DNA of 64,000 nucleotides, taken from the NCBI GenBank assembly GCA_001244265.2, contig CDLV01000013.1, positions 310,001 through 374,000 of the forward strand, written 5' to 3'. Both the position numbers and the translations under genes were made by a program. The notes beneath the pieces are model-generated. The model was given only the letters and a program-made list of their open reading frames with translations, was not told where the DNA came from and made no database searches. Of the stretch, positions 41,313 to 54,516 are shown piece by piece; the stretch's first letter is position 1, and each line of letters begins with the position of its first letter. This DNA comes from Microbotryum violaceum. Its lineage: Eukaryota.

Positions 41313-42360
41313 CTATGTCGACGGTGCACTGAACAAGAACTGGAACGACAACGTCTTTGAATCCGGATCCCAATGTTCCCAGCTCATACCTTCGGTCGAA
41401 TCGATCTCCTTGGACTGGATCTTGAACGCGATCGTTTGGTACGGTTCGGCGGCGATGAGCAGGTACTGGAATTGCCGATCGGGTTGTTCGACGTGTTGTT
41501 CGAACGCGGACATGAAACGATGAAGGGGCTTGACGTTCTCGGCGATCTGAGGGTAGTGTACTTGGAACAAGAGCCCGAGCTGCCCTGTTATCGGATCGCG
41601 GACTTTGGTCACCTGTGGTGTGGGTTCGGCAAGAACGCTGTCAGTCCCTCTGTATGCGCTGTTCGCAATAGACGCGGAGTAAACGAACCTGGTATCCTGG
41701 ACTCCCGATTTTGATAAACGTTTTGTGCTGAACCTGGTTCTTGGCGGCCTGCTGCTGCGCCAGCTGCTGTGCGTAGCCGTCCGATCGGTCATGTTGCGCT
41801 TCTCTCGCCGCTCGTCGTGCGAGGTTGGTCTGGTGCTTCTTTCCTTGGGTGTGGGCGAGGTAAGAGCCTTCGTTGGTGTGGAGTGTGAGGCAAAGTCGAC
41901 ATTCGAGGCCTCCCAAGTGGTTGCGAAGGATGTAGGGGTCCTGATGGGGTGAAAGCGTCGGTAGAGGATCGACGGCGCAGGGAGTACGTGCGTGATCGTG
42001 TTCGCATGTGGTAGACAAAGAGATGAGTCAGTTCCAGCTCGACATGCAGACAGAGCATGCCGCATATACCTTTGCAAGGTCGATGGTCTCCAAGGCCAGC
42101 TTCCGTAATCGTTCCCTGCGGTCGACGGCAGCTTCAGACGCGCCTGCTACACCACCACCTCCAAACTTGGATCCGACTCGGTTCTGTTGGGGACGATGGA
42201 GGGGACGGAGTGGTCAGTACGAGAAGACGAGGTGAGAAACTCTGAGAGGAGCTCGTAGTCTCGATGACCCACTTGGTAGTCTGCGGGGTGTAGATGAAAC
42301 GATATTCAGTATCGATGGCTGGGATTCAGTGTGATGGAGATGTAGGTTTGACTGACCCAT
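41313..42360 (-). CDS. SF3A2: Splicing factor 3A subunit 2 (Prp11/Sap62)
   Basis: MDYQNRVGSKFGGGG, RRERLRKLALETIDLAKDPY, CRLCLTLHTNEGSYLAHTQGKKH, IAAEPYQTIAFK. Confidence 0.96.
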
Positions 42361-42555
42361 GATGATGTGTAGTGCGGTTAAGGGGTGTGAGGTCAGGAAA
42401 CAAAGCCAGGAGTGTTGAGCGCGCGATCGAAGCGGCCGAGCTGAGCTCCCTCGTCTGCGGTGGCTCTCCTGAGTTGTCCTGTGCCACCCACCAGCACCTC
42501 ACCCCACGCCAGCCCTCGATCGGTACGACCCATCACCGCACACCTTTGCAGAAGC

Positions 42556-45500
42556 ATGACAGGCGGAGGGGGTGGGCTGTCGTTCGGCAGGCCCCGGCCA
42601 TCTGGAAATCGAGCAACCGTGCTGTCGTCGACTTCATCACCTTCTGCAGCGCCTTCGCCACCTTCGCCATCTGGAACGCCAACGCGTCGGACTCGTTCTC
42701 GATGGGTCGGCCGTGCCGCGGTGCTGCCGACCTCGCCCTTCGCGTCGCAAACGCTTAAGCTGATCGTCGTTAGCCTGTCCATGCTCGGGCTGCAGCTCGT
42801 GTGGTCGTGCGAGATGGCGCAGGCCAGCCCTTATCTGCTCAGTCTGGGCGTCTCAAAGGCCATGATGAGCGTCGTCTTTGTCGCCGGTCAGTTCGAGTTC
42901 CCAGACTCACTCGACCCGCCGCCCCCACTTGGAGCTGCTCCCCCCTCTCCTTTCCAAACGAGGATGCCCAAGACCCTGGCTGTCCACCCACGTCCACGCA
43001 CCTACCTTCACCCTCAGCTGACACCAATCATGTCTTCACAGGCCCCTTGTCGGGATTGATTGTACAGCCCGTCGTCGGTGTACTGTCCGACGGATGTAAG
43101 TCTTCGCTCGGCCGAAGACGCCCCTTCATCATCGCTGGCTGTGCCGTCTCGAGCCTCGGCGTAGTGTTGCTCGGGTGGTCGGGACAAGTCGCAGGCTGGT
43201 TCACTACACATGAATCTGCCATAGTCAGTACAAAGTTACCTCGTTTTGACCATTCTCTGCTGTACAACGTGCTAATGTCAAGACCCACCCTCGGGCTCGG
43301 CCATTCTGATCGGCACGAAAATCTTTCATCAATCGCGCACAGCAATCGCACTTGACCATAGCACTCGCCGTACTATCTATCTACCTCATCGACTTCAGCA
43401 TTAACGTCGTTCAAGCCATGGATCGCGCTCTGCTCGTCGATGTCCTTCCGCCAAATCTTCAAGAAGCCGCGAACGCTTGGGCATCGAGAATGGTTGGGTT
43501 TGGGGGTGCGCGCCTGCTGCTTCGATGTGGCTTGGCTATCTACCCCGGCCTATGAACTGATTCGCTTCCTGTCTACGCATACAGCCGTATTTGGGTATTG
43601 GTTCGGTGGGCTTGATCTTGTCTACTGGTCGAATGGCTATCTTGGCGATAACCAGCTCAAGGTAAGCCGGAGTCGTGGTGGTCCAGCATGACAGTTGCTC
43701 ATCCGATACCTATGCATAAAGGTCATTTGTATCTTTACAGCCTTTTTCCTTTGCGGATCGCATGCCATCACCATCACGTGTGTACAAGAGCGCGTGCTCA
43801 TCTCACGTGAAACCGTGGACGAGGCGACAGGCGAGGGCTCAAAAAAACCTGTAGCAATGTTGAAGGCACTGCAAGAGATTTGGACCACGATCAAGACGCT
43901 TCCGAGACCGATTCAAGAAGTGGTCAACATCCAGGTTCGTTCATGTACGGTCCCGACTCCGGCGGATCTCCTGCTGACGAGACGAAATCCTCGCAGTTCA
44001 CATTGTCTCTTGCTTGGTATCCGATAATGTTTTTCTCGACAACATGGGTCGCAGAGGCCTATCTTAGATCGCTGGAATGGGGAGGGCCCATCGATTTGGG
44101 TAACGTTTCCGTCAAGGTTCGAGACGATGCGACCAGAGCTGGTACTCGAGCGATGCTCTTCCACTCGATCGTCGCCTTAGCCACCTCGATCCTCTTGCCT
44201 CCATTCGTCGCTTCCTCGGCCGCATCTTTCTCCTCTCCGCCTCCTCGACTCCGGCATCCTCCCAATGTATCATCCTTCCTTGATCGTCTGACTAAGACAT
44301 GGAGGAGATTCGCACCGACTCTTCCCTTGCCATGGCTTTCTCTCCCTCTGCTCTGGACGCTGTCCAATGGACTGTTTGGGATACTGCTTCTGAGCACCTA
44401 CTTGTCCAGCTCGGTATTTGGTGCGAGCTTGATCATTGCTGCGGTTGGGTTCTGCGGTGCCATCACGCAGTGGGCTCCTTTCGCACTGGTGCGTTCACCC
44501 CTTGTTTCTGTGTCTTGGGCAGTGTTCTGGGACGCACCGCTCACTTTACGAATGTGGGAATCTGTATGGGTGGCATAGCTCGGTGAACTTATCCTCTCTC
44601 TGGGCGCCACGTCCACATCATCAAACCCACTTCACTTCGACTACGCCTCAGCTGGGGGCATTCCAACGTCGACCTGGAATGAATCGCGAGCATCATTGGA
44701 CGACAACTATCAGGCTCCTTATGACGACACGCCCAAAGCTTCGTACGGATTCCAGTCCAACCCTACGACCACCGAGAACGAGGACGATGACAATGTTCAG
44801 ATCGCTCGGTTTCGGTCTACTGCGACCTCGACGGTGACGAGTAGCATAGGGTCCCCGAACAGTGCAACGAGCGCTTATTTTGAGGCGGTGATGGACACGC
44901 CGATGGTCGCGGACACACCGTCCCTTCCGCTACCACCCTTCCACCCGTCCACATCCAAGATCGAAGTGCCCTTTTTGAACAAGACTCCCACTCCGCCCCC
45001 AAGACACGATCCACCTTCGGAACTACGTATCGTCACGTCCCCCGTGGCTCGTCTACCAAGTCACATCGATGTCGATCTCTTCTCTTCCCATCCTTACAAC
45101 TACCCTCTGCACGCCGACGAAGCATCGAGTCAGTTGACGCTCCTACCTGGGGATTCGAGATCCGCCACACCGATGAGGAGAGGGTCGGCGAGTAGCCCTC
45201 TGCAGATCTTGCAGGTACGGCATTCGGACGATGAAAATTCGGAGAACTCATCTGATTCCGGGGATGCAGATGGCAAGAAAAGAGATCGAAGGGGCGTGCA
45301 AGATGGTGGTGATGAAGAGATGTACGGAGGGAGAAGAGGGACGATTAAAGCTTCACTCGCGGATGGGGCACCGACGATAATGATCGATGAGGATCAGGAT
45401 GGTCTGGACCAAGAGAGAGCGGGTGAGGATTCGCGGGATAGGCTGGGTGAAGAGGACGATGAGGATCTTGACGGTGCGGCTGATCAAGCCGGGGCGATCT

Positions 45501-46058
45501 TAGGGTGAGAAATCTTCCAGCTCGGCCTGTGATCGGCTTGATCAGAAGATTAACAGGCGCCCGGCTCTGTTCTGCAGGATCCACAACATCTACGTCGTGA
45601 TGCCGCAATTCCTCGTCACAGCTTTGTCTTCGATCATCTTTGCCCTTTTCGCACCTCACCAACCCATCATCCACCACGGCGGATCGACGACGCACCCGAT
45701 CATTCCTGCTGATCCAGGCACTGTTTCGCCTGACGATCCATTGTCAGGTGAAGGAGGAGAGCTCGGAGAACGTCTGATCCGGCGGGCTGTGTGGGCGACT
45801 CTCAACCATCTCGTCCCTTTGCTCACTCGAGCCTCGGACGAGACGCCGACAGGGGATGATCCGCCCCTAGAACGGCAATACGATCCTCTAGGCATGATCT
45901 TCCAATTCGGAGGCTTCATGGCCCTGATCTCCGCTTACTTGGCTTGGAAGATGACGCGGCATTGGAACGAGCGAGAAAGGGAAGCGAGGTCACATCATGG
46001 GGCTTTGAGAGGGCAAGGTGGTCCGGGTGGGACGACGATGAGGTCGGATCGGACATGA
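42556..46058 (+). CDS. Sut1-like alpha-glucoside/sucrose:H+ symporter (GPH/MFS)
   Basis: GLQLVWSCEM...SPYLLSLG, AGPLSGLIVQPVVGVLSD...GRRRPFI, DFSINVVQA..RALLVD, QWAPFAL, GIHNIYVVMPQF. Confidence 0.9.
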
Positions 46059-46318
46059 TTCTCGACGTCTGGTGTCGTGTGAGCTTTCAGTTCAGCTCTG
46101 TTTTGCGCGACCTTCATGTGATGTAATTTTGGGCAACTTTCACTTAAGTTCGTTTCTACCATTTCCTTGTAATTTGGTATAACATCCACTTCCCCTTGCA
46201 CATTCACCGAATGCCTTTCGCTAACACACGCTATATCAACCGAGATCTAACAAAGGACTAACTTGCTACAATGACAAAGAGTCTGCCCCGAATCCCAATC
46301 CACTTAAGCCCTCCCAAC

Positions 46319-49300
46319 CTAAAACGCATCGTCGCCGACCAGGGTCCCAAACAACCCTAATTGATCACCATGATTCGCCGCCTCGTTACCGCCTTGGTTC
46401 ATCGCAAAGATCGAAGCGAACAACATATCTTGTTCCTTCCCTACATCAACCGTATTGAGCGTCGGATCCCACTGCCAAGGTAAATCGAACGCGAGCAGAC
46501 CGAATTCGGACGCGCTCGTTGAAATGGCCGGGTTCGGATCCGTCCCGTTACCTTGGTGCGGAGGATGAGGGTTTGACGAGTTCTGCGCATGATGATGATG
46601 TCGCGTGTCGAGAGGACCATGCATGTTGATCGTTTCGCCAAAGACGGACATGCTGTCACCTGCTGTACCGCCTGAAGGGGTAGCACCTTTCATCACCGAG
46701 GTCGGGTCGTCCGCGGTCGCAGGATCGATGGGCACTTCGCCCAAGACTGAATCGTTGTCGCCGTGGAGACCGTGCATGGTCGCTGGTACGGTCGCGTCAT
46801 CGACGATGGCGAGTCCTCGAGGTGAAGGCGGATACGACGGCTGCGTAGGGTCGACTAGACCTTCTTCTGCCAGCACCGCGGGTACGCATTGCGCCTGCAG
46901 CCGGGTTAGGAGTACCGAAAAACCCCTAGAGATGTGCTCGGCGTCGACAGAGGCGTGCCGCAGTGCGCCGATGCCTTGCTCCAGCAAGCCGATGGTCTTG
47001 GATTGGCCATGCTCGACGACACCAACAGCCAATGCCTTGAACAAGAATGTCGCGGCGAACATGATACGCTGGAATATACGGGAAGGGCATAGTCTGAGGT
47101 AGCCTTTAGGTTCGAGGAAGATGACGGTCTGTTGGAGGATCGCTTGCGCCGCAGCGAGAGCATCGATAATCCAGGGTCCTTCTTGTAGGTTGAGGAGCGA
47201 CGGCGACACAAAGAGGAGATCATTCGCCTGCGGTTTGTCACAGTAATCAGTTAGTCTATAGTGAGAAGCGAGTTTGTGCTCTGGCTACCTACCTTGACTC
47301 GTCTTCGAAGACGTTCCTGCAGAGCTCGAAGCGCAATGGCATTGCCGTAGAGGCGGATGTAATCAATCTCTATTCTCAAAAGGGTCGATTCGACATTGCC
47401 TTGCTCTGAGATGGAGAGTCACGAGACCGTCAGCGGGAGTCGACATGTTCCAATCTAAACAACTCTCACTCACTCAAAACGCCTTTGGTCTTAGTGGCCA
47501 TGCTCCTCAACTCGTGGTCCAAGCTCCTGATGAAGCTCTCCCAATGGCCCGTCCTAAGCAGACTCCTCGTGATCTCCTTGTTGGGGTACAGTCTTTCCTG
47601 GATGGTGCCCATCAAAGCCGCTAATAAACCCTGCGGCAACGTCCGCTCGGCCCACAATTCGTTCAATCCACGCTTCTGCACATCCAAACTGGCTCGCTGG
47701 GTGACCTTTTCCCACCATGCGCTCGACATGTACGATTGGACGACGGCGTTCCTCCCCAAGCGAACCGAGACGTGTCGATCGGCATTGTAGCAATAGATCC
47801 AAGCGCGGAGAATCCTCTCCGATTCCCAAGAAGGGCCATCACCGTCGCGCGCATCCAAGCCGTACAAGGCCGTGTTGTGCATCCCTAGCTCTTGCGCTAG
47901 ACGAACGGCGAGTCCGAGGTAGGTCCATGACATCGAGTCGTATTGATTGCTCGTCTTGAGAGCTTTCGACGTCTCGCGTTCGCCTTCGTCTTGATCCTCA
48001 TCGGCTTCCTGACGTGCCAAAGCTGCATCGGTGCGATGGATCAAGGGCGATGACGGCCATTCAGTCAGAAGGAGCAAGGCTTCGACGCTTGAGATGTGTC
48101 GAAGCGATGACGTTCCATCGAGAAGATAGATCAACTCTTGCCGGATCCACGCCGCGCACAGAGCATGGATCTGCGCGGCTCGATCGGGGAGCAGAATCGC
48201 AGAGTATCGAGCGGCGATGGTGATGACGGCGCAGAGCAGTAGCGATTCGGTCGAAGTCAAGATGGCGAGATGCGACAGGTGGAAAATATTTGGTGATAGT
48301 AAGGGGTATAAAGGAGCCATCTCGGCTTCGAAGCTGAATAGATCGAGGGAATGTCAGCTGCAGAAGCGATGATATGGAGTACGAGCCATGTTGGAACACT
48401 CACAAGGAGAACAAGACCTCGGCTTCAGGTTGCGTAAGTAGACCCTCGGCGATGGGAGCCCAGTTGGACCACCCTCCGAGCTTGGCGACCCGAGAAGGTG
48501 ACATCCTCCCAGACTGATGGCTTTCTTTCCGGTGCAGAACGGCCCCACCTTGAGGCGTCGTCGTTCCTCCAACTTCCACGTCAGGCGAAGCAATGAGACC
48601 ATTCTGGTGACTAGGCGATCCATCTCCCGAAACAGTCGATCTCAGACTCGAAGCCGTAGCCAGTAGCCTCAGCGCGTCGGACGGGTTGTGCAACGTCGAA
48701 GCGAGCAAGACTCGACTGTTGCCCGTCCGGTTCCGACTGCTCGCTCGAGACCCGTCCCCCCGAGCTCGTTCGACAGCTTCTTCGAGCGTCACATCCTCGA
48801 CCGGTCCGCCATGTACCCCGTCCTCCCTGCCCTCTTTCCCTTCAAGGTCATCAAGTTCGTCTTCCTCATCTCCTTCGTCGATTGGTGGGGGTTCATAGTC
48901 TTCGGCCTTGCGTCGCTTCGATTCATGTGGGTTCTGTTCGCTCGATCCGCTCGCTCTGGAAGATAATGCAGGTCGAATATAGGTCGGTGCGGTCATCGCC
49001 GGCAGATTCGTTGGCGTCGGATGAAGTTGACGTGTCGGCAACGAAAGCGGCGACGGCATGAAAAACTGCGGTACCGCTGGTCCCCGTACGAGCGCACTCG
49101 GCGAAGGTAACCTCGTCCCTGCCATCAGAGCTGCTGCAGCATGATGTGGGGAGTACATGCTTGGCGTAGCCGCCCAAGCTGGGATTGATCCAGGGGCCAT
49201 CCCCAACAAGGGGAAGCCATACGGGTTGGCGACGTCGAACTGGACGTGCGCCGAGGTCGAAGCTGCGGAGCCCGCATCATGTGGGCCAGATGAGACGGGT

Positions 49301-50406
49301 GGTAGTGCTGGCTGCGAGTGATGATGATTTTGCACATGTGACAAGTGGGATGGTGGTTGCTGCTGCGCGTGCTGTGGTATCGGCAGATTCGACGCGGTCG
49401 GATCGGCGGGCGTGACCGAGCCCGCAGACGGTGCCGACTGCCCTCCGCCTCGACTGGGAAGCAGTTCAAAGTTGCGAGCGGGTCTCGGGTTGAATATGCA
49501 GTCACGCGATTCCCTTCTGCATCTGCGACACGGCCCCTCTGACGGTGCATCGGGGTCTCCGAGGTCGCATTTGAGTTTGCGCTGATGAAGGGGCAGTGAG
49601 AGGCGAGCGCCCAAGGGGTACGAAAAATGGGGAAAGTCAGCTGACCCCGATCCCAAAATCTGGGGAAACGCGCCCTGACCGTAAGCGTGCTCGAGCAGCC
49701 GTTGGTCGATGCAGTCATCACAACGGCGCGAAAGAAGGTGATGGGCATATTGTATGATCCAGTACGTCGTGGATGTCGCCAAGTCGAGAGCCTGGCTGGA
49801 ACGGTCTGTCTCCGTTTCATCCCCAGTGCTGCCACTGGCTCACGGCGATGTCGTCGAGTGCCTGCTCTCGCCATTGTTGGCTGCTGGTCGCAAGTCCAAC
49901 ACATGCCGCGACGATCCATTCGTAGCTCATGAACTAACCGATCGACAGGGAAGACCTGAGCGTTGACGACATCATCAGAGAACGAGGTGTGCAGGTTCGG
50001 CGTCGAGCGGAGAAGATCGCGAGATTTGCGTAGACCAGAGGCAAGCAAACGCGGGGTGGGGGCGGGTCCGACGGTCAGTCACAGGTGCTCCGGTACAGGA
50101 ATCTGACCGCGGGTACTCACAGGCCCGGTAGGTTCGTTTCGGCTTTCTGGAAAACACTTCGCCCGTGGAGTCGCTGGTGCTCTGCCTGCGTGCGAGGCCC
50201 GTCTGTGGAGCTGGGCCCGCCGAGCCGGGTCCGGAGCGAGCTGCACGACCACCACCGGAACGGCCGCCGTGACTGGGAGCCGCAGCGGATGAGGACGATT
50301 CGTCGGAAGAGGACCCGTAGTTGTGGTGATCTCTATCTCTGCCCCTGTCTCTGTCCCTGTCGCCGTCCTTGCCTCGTATGAAGGGTGCTATCGGTCGAGG
50401 CGACAT
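46319..50406 (-). CDS. Aro80-like Zn(II)2Cys6 transcription factor
   Basis: Spliced [76 protein letters not shown]. Confidence 0.88.
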
Positions 50407-51693
50407 GGCTGCTCAGCGCTCAGCGCTCTGAATTGGCGTCACGCCCCGGTGCGACACGGATCCAACCAGTGAACGCTGTGGTGCCCGCCTGCCTGTGCGA
50501 ATGGGACCCGTTGGCCTGGGGCAGGCCTGGGCCCGGCGTCCAGCTATGGACACTCCAAGTCAACGGACTTGATCGAAGTTAAACGGGCCTTAGTGGAAGA
50601 CTTGCACGAGCATCTACATCAGAAGAGGGGGGTGCACGCATTTCACACCGTACCATTGTACCATCCTTCCCCGTGGGGCGCTCGGAGTCGTCTCCCTCAC
50701 TCACCGGCGTTGAGACATATCACACATAGGAGCGCACAACAAGGAACTCGGCTCAAGAGGTCAGAGCTCGTCGATTAGCTCGGGCCGAATATTCGCCCAA
50801 CGGCCCGTTTCCGAGTCGAATACTGGTGACTCGACATGGCGTGGTACTCGAGTCATCTATCCAATCGTTCATGCCCAACATCTTATCCTCCCCTTGCTTC
50901 AAGCTAGGACGCCGCTGCACTCTTGACTTGCAGACCTACCGGTCCCACCCCCACTCGCGTGCAATTGAATGATCCTCAATTCGGAGGCGGTGCTCGGCGC
51001 GCGGCTGCTGGCTACGATCGCCAAGCCGGGACGGTCGTGCACCTCTGGCTATATATATAAGCACACTAAAAAGTGGCGCGCGCCCTGCAACCCGGGTTGC
51101 TGGATGGCCCGAGGACTAGCGCAACACGGAGGCTGGTGTGGCCTTCAACACGTTCATCTCAGGTACGTGCGAGCTCGTATCGGGGTAATCCAACCTTATA
51201 AATGCTGCCATTGCGTATAAAGCATATTTGGAACACTCATCCTCAATTTCTCCTTTAGATTAGTAGCGAGAAGAAGCTCGATTAGAACATCATTACATCA
51301 TTACATCATTAGCGGAGGGGACAAGGTAGCATTGATGGAGGTGATTAGGTCACGTGCCGTCTCACCACGCTGGCAGAACGAGCGAGCCGTAGCGAGCCTG
51401 AGCGCGAGCGAGCGATAGCGTTGCCGCTTGACGCGCCGTTATCGATCACAGTCCTGGTCTTACTACTTTCTGTTCCCTTCCGCTTTCGGTCGTATATCTT
51501 GACTCGAAGCCATCCGACCATACGATATGTTGCCTCTCCTGTCTGCTCCCAGTAACGCGTCAGCGTTTGCCGCTCCCGACCGTGAGACGCGTCCTCGTGT
51601 CTTGATTGTTTTGTTATTGTCTGCTGACCCTACTCCTCATTCCTCGCTGTTACCGCCGAAGATGCTTCGGTGCAATCGACCAGCAGCCCCGAA

Positions 51694-53388
51694 ATGGGGT
51701 CTGTACTGTCGTCCTCAGCGACCGTTCAGACACAACAGCACCACATTTCTGCTTCCAGCATCGCGGAAGATGGACGAAGCACGACGCTCGCCTCAAGGCC
51801 GACCACGTCCAACTCGTCCAACTCAATGAGTCATCGAATCGAAGAGGTTCAGGATGAGATCTGAGCCCTCCACGATGCCGTTCGAGCGTTGCCTTCGACT
51901 TCGCGCCTGTCATCCTCGCAAAAGGAGATCCACGTGCTCTATAACTTGCAACGTCGCCTCGAAAAGATGCAATACTGTTTGTGGCATGGAGTTCGGGACG
52001 ACGATCTCGACTCGTACACGCCCCCTGCGACTCGAAGCAACGACCGAAACGACTGGAATGACTTCAAGACCAGCCGCTTCTTCCGTTGTCTCCTCGAAAA
52101 GAACGGACTCGAGGGTAAGTGTAGCGTCTGCCTTCCTGACTCATCCCAAAACCGCTTACTCTCCATTACAAGACGCTACTCTGACAGACAAATCCATCAC
52201 TCGGACCCCTACAAAGTCCCGAAAGACTTCTCTGCGCTACAGGCGATTGGATCACGCTACTGGGAACAAGTCAAAAACTCACCAGAACTCTGGGAACAAT
52301 GGAAGGAAGCGAGGGCAAGTGAAGCGCGTGATCGAAAGGAGACCGCTCGGCCCCTCAAGCGATGGCGAATCGATTCTGCTACCATCTCCAAACTGCGGCG
52401 CAGATACGAAAATGCGATGAACGAGCTGGTCCGTGAAGCCTCGGCTCTCCGTTTCCGCCTCCTCAGAGGCCAAGTTCCCCCTGCTGACTTACGTAGCTCG
52501 GCACCGAATTAGGTTGAGCAGTATGCTGAGGGCTACGGCTTCGACGCGTTAGTCATCGTCAGCTCGAACAAGCTCGAGAACAAAAATGATCGTTTTATCG
52601 TTTCTACGCTTGGCGGCGCAGCTTTCATGCGGCGCCAAGGCTGGGATTCTGACCAGCAAAAAGATATTCTAGTCAACTTCACGGATTGCGTTAATGGGAC
52701 TCGGTTTAATCAGGAGCAAAATGAACAATATAAGATGCGGGGTTTGTCAAGCAAGCTTTAGGACGTATTTTGTGCTCGGTGATGGATTGGCGCTGATCCC
52801 AAATTCTGATGAGCAGCTAATCATGGCGATGTTGACAAGGCGTCTCAACGAGTGCTCTGCGCATGGTATAGCATCATAATCGACGATCACTATAGTGAGC
52901 AACCATTCCACGGCTCTGCGCCCACATTTTGCAGCCTAGTACTGAACATCTGTGGCCGTGCAGATCAAGCGCTCCGTCGTCGCCACCAGAGAAATAGATC
53001 TACTCAGCCCTACGTGCTTTCCAAGCTTACGAGTTATAACCAGGCAACTCTTGCGAAGGATCCAATCGCTCTTATTGTCGAGTTCGGAAATGGTCTTCAA
53101 GAGCGTGATTTCTGCAGTCCCACAAATGGCAAGAAGCCGACCGTTGCGGATTTGAGAAGAATCATCCCTCTGATGCGACAGGGTGGCCTTACTTTCTCAC
53201 TCAAAGAGGAGATAGGCCAGGGCTCTTTTGACCGCACTCGTGCCGAAGGTACTGTGACAACCGGACAGTTGGAAACGGAGCCAGAAGACCAAGTCTCTGG
53301 ATCTGGTTCTGATTCTGCTTCTGATCTTGGTTCTGATTCTAATTCTAATTCCGATTCTGATGCTGATTTGGGAGCTGCAACATCCTGA
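51694..53388 (+). pseudogene. KDZ cargo gene 1: divergent HMG-box-like protein with premature stop
   Basis: ORFs 51670..51864 and 51889..52512 share a frame across TGA 51862-51864; RNDWNDFKTSRFF...FSALQAIGSRYWEQVKNSPELWEQWKEARA is HMG-like; acidic S/D tail. Confidence 0.55.
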
Positions 53389-53415
53389 TTCCGAATCCGA
53401 CTACATTTCTGTTGT

Positions 53416-54348
53416 TCAGTATATTGTTGGTGCGCCTATCGCGCGTTGAGATAGATGGCCAAACTTTTTGTAGTCGTTGAGGTGATATTGACCTGTGTGT
53501 GGCAAGAGGTATTCAACAAGTTTCCACGCATCTTGACTAGCTGATTCGTCCGTTGATCAATTATGCGACGCGATTTTGATCGCAAAGCAAATAGATTTAC
53601 TGACGCCTAACGTTTCAGACTTTACTCCGGACATTCAATTCAGGCATTTAATGGATGTCCAAATAAAGCACTCACGCATCCTACCTAATGTCAAACTGCA
53701 GTTAAGCTCGCCCCAGAGCTTGGGGGTGACAACAGCAAAGCACCCAAATTTCTCCGACTACCCCTTCGGCCCCCGAGACGCCGGCGAAGTGAGAGCAGAA
53801 CCTTCAAGCTGTCGAGAATGTCCGTAATAACACGCTTCGCGTTGGGTTCTCCAAACGGTGTGCCCGCAGTGAAAATGAAAGCCGAGATTATTCGTTGACG
53901 CTGGAACAATAGATATAAAACAGAAGCAGGGAACAAGGTAGTTCGGCAGTTCTGACCTGCAGACGCAAGATCGCAAGGTGTCCGAGCTGGCCAGCTGACC
54001 ATATGTGCCAGGGAAATACGACGCTGCATTACGCGTAATCAATGCCTTTTCTGCTGAATTGTCAATGGAAGGGCGCGTAAACTCGGCATCGCAGCTTGGT
54101 GCTGAGGCGTCAATGACTTCGTAGTAGCAAAGCTCGTTGTTGGCCGAGTCGCTTGCATACACTGCAAGCTTTCATATAGGTCCGACGCGCTCGGTGCCGA
54201 CTACGTATTCAAGTTGCTTCCCGCCTGGGACAGGCAATGTGCCAGGTGGCCAGTATATCTTGTCTCGTGCAAATACTCGATGACCTTGACCTTTGTGCCC
54301 TGCAGAGAGAATCGCTGATTGTAACTTGTCGTGGTTCGCTGAGGGCAT
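53416..54348 (-). pseudogene. KDZ cargo gene 2: unknown protein with premature stop
   Basis: ORFs 54172..54465 and 53758..54162 share a frame across TGA 54172-54174; plausible GT-AG introns continue to RQRIISAFIFTAGTPFGEPNAK...; 3' end approximate. Confidence 0.45.
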
Positions 54349-54516
54349 CGGATCGGATCGGCTGTGACGCGCGCGGTGTCGGTGATGCTGTGAGAGGAGA
54401 GCGCGCGCGCTCGGTGACGTGAGGTGACGCGAGGCGCGACGTGTACCCCCGGGGTACGTACACATTGGGACACTGCCCTTTCCCTCTCACCCCTCACCCC
54501 CACTCCAAGTTCCAAC

